Source: Cenococcum geophilum (taxonomy: Eukaryota). From it: a stretch of DNA of 64,000 nt. Each line of letters starts with the position of its first letter. Position 1 is the first letter of the stretch. The translations under genes were made by a program, and so were the position numbers. Positions 39,532-53,000 of the stretch are shown piece by piece. Under the pieces are notes generated by a model, which saw only the letters and a program-made list of their open reading frames with translations, did no database searches and was not told the origin of the DNA. The stretch is taken from assembly GCA_050273025.1 (NCBI GenBank), contig CP158635.1:16678001-16742000 (forward strand), read 5' to 3'.

Positions 39532-42514
39532 ATGCTACTAAAAGCAGCCACTATAATGCTATTAACGGCAGCAACTACTTTAGGGATAGGAGGTAATACT
39601 AGTATAGTAAATACTAACTTATAGCAACCTATGATAGTTAGACAGCTATAGGAAATAGTTAACTAGCTAATAGCTAATAATATAGTATTAGAAGAAAGAC
39701 TTAATAGGATAGGAGCAGTAAAGATTAAGCTACTATTAATTAAGAGATTTATAGAAGAGAGGTTAAAGCTTAAAGGATTCCTTACGTAGATATACTTTAA
39801 GGTCTTATAAAAGGGAGTAAAGTTACCTATACCCGTGGATTAGATAGCCTACGTAGAACTATTCTTATTAGGAAAAGTATTTAAGTAGTTTAAATTTTAC
39901 TTTATAGAGATATAGGTAAACGGAATAACGACTACTAACTAAGATATGCGATTTATATTCTTAAGTTAGGAAGGATTTATAGAACGACTTATATAAATAT
40001 TTAGAAACCTAGAAGAAATAACTATAGCGGAAAAAAAACTCTAGAACCTTATATAATAAACTTTAGTAATTAAGTATATAATATAGTTCTAGACACTAGT
40101 AATATAAATAGAGTAAAATAATAGGGCGCTTATAGTATAGTATAAATAAGGACTTAAGGCTAAAGTCTAGGACGTAATTATTCTAATAGAAGATGCGGAT
40201 ACCCTAAGGGAACTAATAAATTAGGTAATTAAGATTAATAATTAGATCTACTAAAGGGAATAGGCTAAGAGAGGCTAGAATAAAGTTTTATAGTTATATA
40301 AGGCGTAAAGTACGCAATAATAAAAGCTAAGTTAAAAACTATAGTATAGCGCAAAGCTAATAGACTTAAGTAGTACTAAAAAAACCTATAAGAAATAGAG
40401 CAAACTATAAAAACCTAAAAGATAAAGATTAAGTAATTAAAGGTCTAAAGAGCAGAGGCTAAATTAGGGATCTTAATAGCAAAAGATATTTAGGCGGACT
40501 CTATAGCAAGAGAAATAGTTTAAAAAAGAAGCTTATATAAATTGCGGAAAATAGGATTATTATATTAGAGACTATAGAAGTAAATAGAGTTACTATATAG
40601 TAAAAGGCATAAGACTAGTAAACAATATATACGTATAAAGGGATAATAATATACTATAAGGAATAAAAGAATGTTTAATTAAAAGTTTTGCGTTTTATTA
40701 TAATAACACATACTAAATTTATAAGGACGCTAAGTATAGCGTAAGCTATTAGCTATAAGAGCTAGCACCTATAAGATATAAAGGAACTAATAAACTAGTT
40801 TATAGATTAGATATTAAGGACGATAAATTTAACCTAGGTAAAATATTCCGTAATAATAAGGTAATAAGGGCCGCTTACTAGGAGTAAGTAGACCTTAGAG
40901 ATGTTATACTAAAGGTAGAGGATAATTCCACTATAGAATAGGGAATATTAGTAGGGATCGAAACCCTACTAGACACAATATCTATCGCTTTATAAGACGT
41001 AAAAGAAGTAGAATAGTAAACCACTTTAGCACTTAATAAAGGCAAAAGGCTAAAGGCTTAAGATTCTTATAGCAAAATAAGAGATAACTAAGATTCTTAA
41101 AATAAGATAAGGTAAGCTTAAGAACTTATAATAGATAATAACCGATAAAGTAGAGCAGTAGCTTAGTTTAAAAATATATAAATAAGCTTAGGACGGAAGT
41201 TCCTATAGGTATAAGATTCTTAAGACAAAATAAGTAAGATTTAAGACTCTTAAGATAAGATAAGAACACTAAGTAAGCCTAGTTAGACTAAGGCTAGAGC
41301 TAAGCTTAAGTTAAAAGTAAGCTTAGGATTAAAGAACCTAAGGGGTTAAGAATTTAGGGTATAAATTAGGACACCTATAAATAAAAAGCAAGGAGCTTCT
41401 TTATAGATTAGAAAATCTATAGTATAAATAGTAATTAGACTAGGAGACGAATATATAGACCTAAAGGATTTACTAGTTAAATAAAGTATTTAGACTAAAG
41501 ATTAAAAAGTTAATACTAGGATTAAGAAGTAAAACGACTTTAAGGATTAGAGCGTAAGGCGTAAACCAAAAGAAACTATAAAAGAGTTTAGGTAAAGAAT
41601 TATTATATAGCAAAAATAGAAACTAGATAAGAGATTTAGCATATTAGGACGTATAAAAGACAAAGCACTAGTATAAAGAATTACTAATAGACTAAGAGTA
41701 GGCATACTAAGAGCTAAGTAGCTTATTAAACTAGAAGATAAAGAGGATTTAGGGATTCTAACTAGGTTTAAGAAACAATATACTAAAGGCTATTATAATA
41801 TAGTAATAAGAAGATACTTCCTTACGGATAGACTATATATACTCTAGTAGCTATACTAAAAGTGGTATAAACAAAGGCATAATAATAAGTAGGAAGATTT
41901 CTATATATAGTTAGATAAAAAAGTTATTTAGGACCACCTAATTATAGAGAAGGCTATAACGTATATTAAAGGAGCCTTAATTATAATATTAAAGAATCTA
42001 GAGGAATATTTAGAGGACTAGAGAAGTAAAAGACGTATTTTAGTACCTATAAATAAAGTTATAATATTTAGATTAGCATAATAAAGGTTTAAACTTAGGG
42101 ATAAAGACGAGCTAAGAGTTAACTTAAAGCACCTAGCATACTATACGTTATTATAGATTGCGTGTGTAGACGATATATATAAAATACATAAGAATCTAAA
42201 GGAAAAAAATTGGAAATACCCTATAAGGATATACTAGATAATGGATAAGTAATAGTATAGAAATGCTAAATATATATATAGATGGCATCTAGCAGAGATC
42301 TAAGAGGAAGGAAGTTTAGTACTTTAACTAGGAAGATTCCTTATAGAAGAATACTTAGATGGATAATAGTAGTAGGAATACCTAGAGAATATATATCTAT
42401 AGTATATTAAAGATAAAAAGCAAACTAGGTATTAGCTAAAGAGTAAGCTAAGTACACTAAGATTAAGTAGCTAATAGTTAGGAAAAGTAAAGGCCTACAG
42501 GACTAGAGGGAGCT
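39532..42514 (+). pseudogene. gag: gag of A5 (~990 codons including a long post-nucleocapsid extension); representative of A1-A6
   Basis: One frame from ATG 39532, interrupted only by RIP-type stops. Retrotransposon capsid motifs (LKGFLTQM, YKQGLK.EVQD, EPMDL). CX2CX4HX4C at ~40534-40575. Confidence 0.85.
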
Positions 42515-45500
42515 AGTAGTAGAGCCTTAAACCCTTAAAAGAATTTAAGGATAATACCTAAATTTATAAATTAATTGGTAAAATTAGCAGTTTAAAGCGC
42601 TAATAGATAGTAGAGTAACGCGAAACTATATCTTACTAGTAGTAGTTAAGAGAATGGGACTACCTTATAGATAAAAGGAGCAACCTTACCTATTAGTTAT
42701 AATTTTAGGAGATCTAATAACCTATAGAGGAGGGATTATTAATCTTAAAATAGGACCTATTTAAATAACTATTAAAGGAAGATAAATCGAGATATCTTTT
42801 AATATCCTACTATTAGGATGGGATGAGGCAGTATTAGGTATATCTTAGTTATAGAAATACAATCTAAGGATTAATTAGATTACAGGTCAGGTTAATATTA
42901 GAGATACTTAACGCCATAAAATATAACAATAAGCCAAGTTAATATAGTACTAAGTAGGAGCAACCTATAAAGAAATAGAAAAAGGACTAAGTTATATACT
43001 AAAGAGATACTATAAGTATAGTAAGAAACTATGGTCACCGGAAAGTAAAAAGCTATTAGAATATATAGTATAGGACTATAAGATAGAATTAGAACCAGGG
43101 ATAAGTCTAAAGTTTTTTCTAATCTATAAGCTTACTAAAAAAGAAGGTAGAGCATTAAAAGAGTTTATCTAAAAGAACTTACGAAAAGGATATATTAGAC
43201 CATCGCAGTTATTAGCAGGATATCCAGTACTATTCGTACTAAAGAAAAATGGTAAACTAAGGCTATATATCAACTATAGATAGTTAAACAGCATTACTAA
43301 AAAGAATAGGTATCCTTTACCCTTAATTAGCGAAATCTAAGATAGGATAGGTAATGCATAAATCTTTACGAAGATAGATCTAAGATAGGTATACTATTAG
43401 ATTAGGATTAAGGAGGGCAATAAATAAAAGGCAGCCTTTAGGTTAAAGGAAGGACTATATAAACTATTAGTTATATAATTTAGATTTATAAACGCACTGG
43501 CAATATTCTAGAAGCGTATTAATAATATATTAGGAGAATACTTAGATAAATTTGTTATAGTATATCTTAACAATATTATTATCTACTTAATAACTAAGAA
43601 AGAATATAAAGAACACGTTAAATAGGTTTTAAAAAGACTATAAGAAGAACAGATACTAGTAGTAATTAAAAAATATAAGTTCTTTACTAAGAAGACTAAT
43701 TTTATTAAAATTATTATTAAACTAGGCCAACTTAGTATAGATCTAAAGAAGATTAAGGCTATAGTAAATTAGTAAGAACTAGAGAACGTTATATAGTTAA
43801 GATCATTTCTAGGGTTTTGTAATTACTGTAAAAGGTTTATAGCGTAGTAGTTAAAGGATATTAAGCTATTTATAAGGTTAATAAAGAAAGAAGAACTATA
43901 GATATAGGGAGAGGAGTAAAGAGAACTCTTTAAAAAAGTTAAAGAGTTATTTACCTAGGGGCCAGTTCTTAAGATCTATTAACTAGGACTAGAGATGGTT
44001 ATAAAGATAGATATATTAAACTATATACTAGGGGTATACTTTATATAAAGGCATTAAGATAAATAGCACCTAATAGCATACTATAGTCAAAAGATAATAC
44101 CACTAGAATTAAACTATAACATCTATAATAAGGAGTTATTAGGTATAATTACAGCATTAAAGAAATAGAGAGCATTTTTATAAGGTATAGAGAAACTATT
44201 TATAGTTAAAACGGATTATAAGAACCTAATAGGATTCCTAATAATAAAGAAACTTAACTAAAGATAGGTTAGATGGGTAGAGATGCTTACAGAATACCAT
44301 TTTAAGATTTAGTATACTAAAGGTATAGACAATACGCGGGCAGATACTCTAAGCCGTAAAACTAAACTATAAAATAAGGAAAAGCCATTAGGGGCTTTAT
44401 TACGAAAAGATATAGACAGATTAATTAGATATAATTATCTAAAAATTATAGTAACTTAAGAAGATAATAAACTAGAGAAAGTTTACAAGATACCGGAAAG
44501 CTTTTAGGTATAAAGAATTCTAAAAGCATAGCTAGAAGATCTATAAATAGATATATACAAAAATTAAGAAGTAAAGTATATCCTAAGAAGTATAGTAGAA
44601 TAGTTTATAGAAGACTTTTATAAGGGACTAACTTAAGGATATAATAGAGCTATAGGCTTAGTGTTAAGACTCTAGGAGGAGTATATTATTAATAAAATTT
44701 AGAGAATAGCTAAAAAAGTTATAAAGGAATATTTAAATTGCTAAAGAAATAAACTAATAAGGCATAAGCCGTATAGAGGGCTATAACCTATTAAAACACT
44801 AGAAAGACTATAGGAGGTTATATTATAGGACTTTATTATTAAGTTATTAAAATTAAAAGATCCTATTACCGGATAAAATTATAATACGATCTTAGTAATA
44901 ATAGATAAGCTTATAAAGTGGGGATACTTTATAACCTATACGGAAGAAATATTAGCGGAAGATATTACTAGAATCTATATTAAAGAAGTATTTATAAAAT
45001 ATAGAGCACTAAGTAAAATTATATCGGATAAAGATTTAAGATTTATAGTAGCATTCTAGGAAGTATTCTTAGCAGAGTAAGGAGTTTAAGCAGCAACTTC
45101 TACCGTATACCATTTATAGACAAACGGTTAAATAAAAAGATTAAATTAGACGCTAGAGCAGTATCTAAGGCATTATATTAATTACGTATAGAATAATTAA
45201 GTATTACTATTACTAGTTATATAGTTTACATATAATATAACACCTTAAGAAGAAATAGGTATATTACTATTTAAGGCAAATTACGGATATAAGCTAAGAA
45301 TATTATTATTACTATAGCAAGTAAAGAAAATAAGTAGTATAGCTAAAAAAAGAATAAAGATATTAATAAATCTTTATATAGACCTTATAGAATTAGTAAA
45401 GAAAGTATAAAAAAGAATAAAAAAGTACTATAATGCTAAGAGATCTAAGGGACTAGATCTTAAGGAGGGAGATAAAGTATAGCTACTATACAAAAATTTC

Positions 45501-45896
45501 AAGAGTTAATAATTAAGTAAGAAGTTAGACTACGTTAAACTAGGACCTTTTAAAATTATATAAAAGATTTCACCGGTTATATTTAAGTTAAACCTACTAG
45601 CTAAAATAAAGATTTACCCTATACAGCATATTATAATACTAGAGCTAGTATATAGGAATATTAAGCCACCGGTTTATAAAGCAGACACATATAGAGAATA
45701 AGAAGAAGATAAATAGTAAGTATTAAAGATTGTTAATTATAAGGATATCGACAACGAAATATAGTATAAGGTTAAGTAGATAGGCTATACTAAGACTACC
45801 TAGGAGCTACTAGAGAATTTAAAAAACGCTATAGGAAAGGTACAGGAGTATTAGAAGAGATTAGGTTAGGCAGTATTAATAAAAAAGAATTACTAA
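42480..45896 (+). pseudogene. pol: pol of A5 (PR-RT-RH-IN-chromodomain), in the -1 frame relative to gag
   Basis: ALIDSGA ~42597, LRLCIDYR ~43257, YLDD ~43563, IN HHCC ~44617-44742, chromodomain WQVLKI...YKVKWIGY.ETTWEPLENL ~45713-45822. Confidence 0.9.
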
Positions 45897-48800
45897 AGAA
45901 TAAGTTACCTAAGGGGGACTTAAGAAGAGTAGTTGCCGAACTACTTAGATCTATTTCCTTTTCTATTAGAAAAGAGTCCGTTTTTTTATTACCTAATTTC
46001 TATAAACCTTATTCTATAAGTTTCCACTCCTTAAAACGTACCTTCTCGCGTACCTTCTTAAGACGGATTAACTAAGCAGAAGCAGCCAAATAAGAGTCTA
46101 GAGCACGTTATTAAGTATTAGTAGCCTCTCTCTTAGCATCCTAAAAATAATAAAGTTTAGCTAGAGTAACTAACAGCTCGTCATTTAGCCGCGTAGTAGT
46201 AGATTAAATATAAGACTCTAAGATAAATTAATTAGGGAACTAAAAGACTATTAAGAGTTATAGGACGCGTATACTTAGCGTTAGAAGTAAAGTAAATATC
46301 GTAGGACGATTATATATTTACTTTAGTGCACTCTAAATAAAAGGATAGTTATTAAGATAAAGGACTCGCTAGCGCGATATAGACTAACCCCTTTTTTAAA
46401 TAATAAGAATATAGAGACAGTATGATTTTACTAAGAGATAGTATTATAGTAATAGTATAAGACTAATGAACTATAGAAGAGGATAAAGGAGCCTTAGGTA
46501 TTATAAGTAATAATATTAACTAAATTAATTAGACGGATATTACACCTCTAATAAATAACTTAGAGATATTAAGAATCTTTAAGAACAAAGATAAAAAGGA
46601 GGGAGATAGTATTACAGACGCTTTAAGTATAATATTATAACTACTTAGAGAAGAGACGGAAGAAGCTAGTTAGTTAATTTAGGCACGGTCTAAAATAGAG
46701 CCAATAGAACCATATAATAAGGAATAGTAATTAGGTTACGTAATGTAATCTATATAATCTATATAATCTATATAATTTATAATAAAGTAGATAGAGCAGA
46801 TAAAGTAGATAGAGTAACGACTTTCTTAGGAGTATGGATGTGTATTTAAAGGACCACAGTCCCTACCTAGATAGTTCCTTTCCTTGTAGTAATTCTTAGA
46901 ATATAATTAGAGTTAATCTATTAGGCAACCACTCTACCAGTTGTTATTACGTTGTTGACTTTTATACTTGCATTTCCTACACACCTAGCCCAATAACGAG
47001 CCTATCGTAGTTCTTGCTACAAGGTTCCGTTACAGTATACCCTTTATTCGCCCGATAATATAGGCAATTTTAGTATCTTCTGTAGGAAAAAGGTAGGCGC
47101 TCTAAGTTAGTTTCTTATAGATTTATATCTTTTAGTAACTATATTCCTTACGGTCTCCCTAAAAGACTAAGGGATTAGAGTAGCGTACATTAGACCCTAC
47201 GGTGGCAGTTTAGGTCCAATTATTATAACTTTCGTTATTACTGCTTTAGTAGGGGTTTCTATTAGATAAAGCTGCTTAACGCTAGCCCTCTATTAAGCAT
47301 TAAGTAGGTAAAGTTACCGGGGGCGTAGAGACTTAGATGGCGTTATATATAGTAAAGAGCTTTAACTATCTTTAAATACAGGAAGGCGACGAATAGAAAA
47401 CCGCATTCGCATTGCGCTTTAGCCGGTTTGGGTATACCGTTATGCCCTTTAGCGTATATAACGGCCCAGGCACCTTCTAAAGCTATATTAATAACGCCTT
47501 ATAGGACTACCTTAATAACTTCTGCTCTACGTACCTAGACAATATACTTATTTATAGCAATAACCCCTTTAAGTATATTAAATACATTTAAAAGGTTTTA
47601 TAGCGCCTTAGGGATATAGGACTTTATATTAATTTAAAGAAATGCGAATTCTTAGCTATAGAAGTAAAATACCTTAAACTAATTGTTACTACTAAGGGTG
47701 TCTATATAGACCCCAAGAAGGTATATATAATTACTAAATAGTAAGCCCCTAACTGCATTAAGGATATATAAGCCTTCCTTAGTTTTGTTAACTTCTATTA
47801 GAAATTTATATATAACTTCTTAGGCGTAGTAGTATTACTTATAGTAATAATACAAACAAAGGGCCTTTCTGCAAAAGAAAGAAAAACGTACTTATACTTT
47901 ACCTAGATGCCTAAATACGAGAAGGCGTTCTATAACCTTAAAAATGCCTTTACTAAAGCACCTGTCCTAGCTTACTTTATACTAAGACGATAACTCTACC
48001 TTAAAACCAACTCCTTAAACTACGTTAATACAGGCGTCCTTTTCTAGATAGGTAATAACGGTTTTCTTTACCTAGTTGTATTCTACTTATCTAAGCTTAT
48101 ACTATAAGAGTGTAACTATAAGATCTATAATAAAGAACTCCTTATAATTATATAAGCGTTTAAAGAATTTTAACTAGAACTCTCCTTAGTAAAGCTTAAC
48201 TAGCTAATTAAAGTCCTTACGGACTATCGCAACCTTAAGTATTTTATAACTATAAAGTAGCTAAACTAATGCTAAGTATATTGGAACAAGTTCCTCTCTA
48301 GTTTTAACTTTAAAATTATATATAGACTAAGAGTATAAGGTACTAAACCTAATAGCCTAATACGCTGTTTATAAGATCTTCCTTAGTCTAAAGATAACCC
48401 CTATAATTAGTTCTAATAATAGACAATCCTAAAAGTATAAAATTTGGCCTTAGGCATACTACCTATAATAGAGCCAACTATACCCTAGCTTTATACCATA
48501 GAACTAGAGTTACCTCCTAAAATTAATAAGCTTATTACTACGGTATATAACGCCTCTGTTAACCTATTACTATATTAACTTATTATTGTAAAGACTACTA
48601 GCGCCTATATACTACCTACTAACCTTTAAAGCTTAGGCTAAATTAATATAGCAGCCTTAAAAGTAAAAGAGAATAGGCTTGATTATAGAGGCCGCCTATT
48701 TATCCTTAACTTAGAAAATCTATAACGGTAACTAATCTAAATAGCCTACGACCTTTAATTAAGCGGCTACCTAGGTAGAGGAGGAACCTACAAGCTTTTT

Positions 48801-50613
48801 AGCCGATACTACTTCTGGCCAAAAATAATAGACTTAGTTAAATACTTTATAAGCGCCTATTACGGTTATAAGCGCGCTAAGGCCTTTAATATAAAGTACT
48901 AAGGACTATTATACCCTCTACTAGTACCTATATAACGATAGGCAGATATTACTATAGATTTTATTATTAACCTACCACTCTATAAATAACACGGCTATAT
49001 CTATAAGAATATCCTTATAATAATATACCGACTTATAAAAGAGCGCTACTACGTCCTAACCGAAGGCGTAGCCGTTAGCGATATTACTAATACCTTCCTT
49101 TATAAAGTCTACCGATTATATAGGTTACCTAACTTAATTACGTCTAACTAAGGTATATAATTTAACTCTAATATATAGAGATAAATCTGCTAACGCCTTA
49201 GCATCTTTATTAAAATATCTATATCCTTTTACTATAAAACTACTAGGTAACTAGAAAACGCTAATGCCAGTATAAAAGCGTACCTATAATAGGTAGTCGC
49301 CTATAGTTAAGATAACTGGGTAGATTACCTCCTATTAGGTAAATTTATAGCAAATAACTACGTCTTAACCACTATAGAACTTACCCCGTTCTTTGCGAAT
49401 AAGGGTTATTACCCCTAATCTAGTATAGAGCTACTAGAACCTATTAATAAGAAACTACTATATAAAAAACGCCTTAAGATACTACTTGCTAACTAGTATA
49501 TAGACCGTATAAAAAATCTACTCAACTACTATAAGGGAGAAATGGCCTAGGCTTAAGCAAAGTAGGCCTACTTCGCTAACTATTATAGAATGCCACCACT
49601 AGAGATATATGTTGGCAACTAGGTATAGCTAAATATACGCAATATCTCTATACAGAGGCCTATAAAGTTACTTAATTATAAAAATCTTAGGCCCTATTTA
49701 ATTAAATAAGTTATTAATAGGGGAGCTATATATAAGCTAGAACTCCTACTTACCCTAACTACCCACGGGATATGGCCCGTATTTTACCTATAGCTACTAT
49801 ACCTCTATTAGCCTAACCCCTTACTAGGGTAGATATAGCCTAAACCCCTACTAGTACTAATCTAAGATAAGAATAAAGACAAGAACTATAAGGAGTAGAC
49901 TATTAAACGAATTATTAACTCTAAATACTTTAGCAAAGGCAGAGGACAACGGCTCTACTACAGAGCTATATATATAGGATTTGATATAAATTAGCCAGAA
50001 TGGTAACTATAGGAAGACTTTAAAAATATAAAGGATTTAATTAGCGACTTTTACTACGCGAACCTATAGAAACTGGGCCTAAGTAGAGACTTTATACCTA
50101 ATTCTCTATAGGAGCCCTTATAAAGTTAAACCGTTATACATTACTACGTAAGAGTAAGTTACCGTTAAATTGCCGTTAGATTGCGGTAAAGTACGATTAC
50201 GTAACTAGAATATCGTTAAGATATTTAGGAACTTTAACCAGTAGTTAAAGTTATTTAATTAGTTAGATTCTTAAATGCCAAGCCCTATTATATAACGTTG
50301 TTTTAAGCCTTTAGTAATACCCCCTTTTTTTTCTTCTTCTTTATACCTTAAGTATCCCCTCTATATATATATAGTAACCATAACGTTACCGGAGCTCCGC
50401 CTCTATAAGAGGGGGGGTAGTATTATAGAACCCTACCGCAGGGGCCTCTATAGGAGAGCCCCGTGCTTTCGCGTATACCTTGCGTATAGCTTATGTTAGC
50501 TACGCATAGGTATATTACCTCCTTACGCCCTCAACCCTTACGATCGATCGCGTAACGTCTTGTAGACTCCTCGAATATATACGCTTTGTAGCTACTACTC
50601 CCGTCCCGTAACA

Positions 50614-50956
50614 CAAAGACTAGAAAGAATTTAGGCAGCGGTTAAAAACGGGCTGAAAAAGTACTGCCCGGTCTTAAAACCGGGCCCCTATACGTAATAC
50701 GTATAGTCCGTATAATATATAATTCTTATTACCAGCTAATAATAAGCAAAAAGAAAATATATAAATAGCTATAATCCTAAAGATAAGAGATAATATAAAT
50801 ACATAAGAAACCAGCTAAAGAATACCCTAAAAAAAGAAGGAATAGCTAGAAACGGTTTATAAATAAGCATACTACTAACCTAAGCCTTCTCTATAATAAA
50901 GGTCTTTAGAGAATAGTAAAATAGGTAAAGAGAAAGGCGGGACGTTTAGTAAAAGA
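50614..50956 (+). pseudogene. Tad-clade LINE ORF2, piece 2 (EN-RT linker)
   Basis: Joins piece 1 in frame across the C TSD (EEID|QRLERIQ) and piece 3 across the D2 TSD. Confidence 0.85.
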
Positions 50957-51256
50957 TGTAAGCTTTGCAGTGTGTGGGAATTGAACGAGCGACTTGATTA
51001 TAAATCTATGGAAATCAAGTGGTATATATACATGAAAGTAGACCCCTAACTCCGGAGCCCATACAGTCGCTTCGGAAAGAGACGATCAAATGTCAGAAAC
51101 CATGATCAAAAATAGAAATTTGCCAAATCCTCACCTGTTTAAACCCTTTTTCTATACTCGCGCATGCCACCACCCATCCTCCATGCTAATATATCGCCGT
51201 CGCCTATTTTTTGAAGCTATTTGAAGCCTATATCGTTTCCTATTTTAGTTAGCGCC

Positions 51257-52978
51257 ATAACACACAGGAGGAGAGCCAAAGCACCCAAAAATACTGCAAA
51301 GAACACTTCTAAAGCGCCTAAAGAGGTAGACCTTACTGTTAAACCTGCACCACCTATACTAACGCCTTCTACTATTGTAGAACAGCCCAAAGATTATTAA
51401 ACCTTTATTTTAAATATAATTGTATACGCCGATACCATAAAGATATTTACTAACGTTCTAGCTATCCTGTTCGGAGCCTTTAAATACCAAGAGTTTATCG
51501 CCTAAAATACGCATTAAGCCAACGAATATTACGGTCTTCGTTCTTTCCAGCTTAATTAATTAACTGCCGTTATTGCGTCATCGAATCTAAAGGATCCTAT
51601 AATACCTAAAGAGGTTAACGATATAGATAAATGGCGCGAAGTAGAGGGAATAATAGAGGCACAGTTAAAGTACGTAAGGAGGGCATAGAGGGTTAATCTT
51701 ACAGTTAAATACAAGGCCGCTACTACACCTGTTAACGCGTCTGCTAATGCTAGAGACGCTAATTTTACTGCGGCTATTAATGCGGCGCTTTAAGTAAGAG
51801 GTATTCTAATTAAAGCAGCGGCTAATAAAGAGGCAGAGTCCTCTAGCGAGGATCACGAAGGTATAGTAAAGGAAGCTGCTAGTAAAAAGAAGGCGTTAAC
51901 TACTACTAAAATGCAGAAAGAGGCTGCTGAACGGCGTGAATGTGCAGAAGCTGAAAGCAAGCATCTATATGCGCTGGTTAAACGCCATTACTGCCTTTAA
52001 CAGCACTGTAAGAACAAAAAGCACAGTACTATATACTGTCTTAAATTTGACTTAAAGCACTACCTAATATAATCTTACCACTTAACGCGCTGGTTAGAAG
52101 CAATAGAATAAAAAAAAGCCACGGTTAATATACTAGATCTGTCCTTACTGTTAAAGATTAAGTATAGTCAGCACCTATAGAATAAGGAGGATAAAAAAGA
52201 TGTAAAGGCGTCTTCGGGCAGCTATAAGCACCGTTAAGGTAACTCTTATAGTACAGACAAATCAAGCTTCCCCCCCCAACAACGGCAGCAACGAGAGGCT
52301 TATACCACAGTTATATAATTACCAGCTAATTCTATTCAACAAGATCCATCACAAACGCAATTAACGCTTTTAATGAACTAGATGCAGCAGCAGAGCCAAA
52401 TACAGCAGCAGAACCAGCTACAGAACTAGTAGACGCTATAATAGTTGCAGAGTACTATACAGGTAGTACTGCCTTTAGTATTACCAACTATCGCCAACAG
52501 TCGTTTTATAGTGGATCCTATACTAAATATAAGACCTTTAGTGCCTTCTTTACGGAGCGCTCCATCCAATTCTACTCCATTCTCTAAAACGCCTACCGGT
52601 CCTTACTATCCACTCTTAAATACGCCTTCTACTAGCCTGCTACCTAGCAGCCCCGCCCACAGTAATATTAAATAATTAGATAGTAAGCTTAGCGCCTTTA
52701 TTAAATGGCTATAAAGCCGTTATCTAGCTTTCGCCCACGCCTTTACTAAAGCGGAGTCAATTTTGGTCGACAAGTACTACACCTTTAAGATACTTAAGCA
52801 TATGCTGCTTAATAATAATATAGGCCATGCAAAGCTATATAGGATTAGCTTAACATACGGGCTCATTAATTACATAGTAGATAACTTAGAGGACTTTAGA
52901 ATAGATTAGCGACGTTATAGTGCTGCAGCAGAGGCCTTACTTAACGTCTTAGTTAATAGGCGCTCTATATAACAATAG
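51257..52978 (+). pseudogene. Transposon accessory ORF (~570 codons), unknown function; Cys/His motif, Q-rich tract
   Basis: Continuous frame from GCC-AT(G>A) at 51257 with only TAA/TAG RIP-type stops. The track ORF 52445-52675 is in this frame. The exact stop is uncertain. Confidence 0.75.
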
Positions 52979-53000
52979 ACCTTATCCTTCCCTTTATCTA

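Larger units (their letters stand above)
39063..47034 (+). mobile_element. Gypsy family A, copy A5, full length
   Basis: LTRs 39063-39487 and 46610-47034 (425 bp). TSD GTATA at 39058-39062 and 47035-47039. Inserted in the gag of C. Confidence 0.97.
28971..47360 (-). other. Inverted segment within element C
   Basis: Reverse-complementing 28971-47360 restores RT ...TKLDIIAA|FN.L.IQEGDEWKTAF and restores the gag frame (...NAR|QLFT...RYSDP). Confidence 0.9.
28105..50613 (+). mobile_element. Ty3/Gypsy chromovirus family C, full length but with nested insertions and an internal inversion
   Basis: 193-bp LTRs at 28105-28297 and 50421-50613. TSD TAAAG/CAAAG (28100-28104, 50614-50618; one C>T). PPT 50407-50417. 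RT YLDD-like ~47532, RH ~48003, IN ~48740-49600, chromodomain ~49890-50090. The gag 3' half, protease (DCG) and RT N-terminus lie inverted at 36995-39062 and 47035-47360. Confidence 0.93.
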
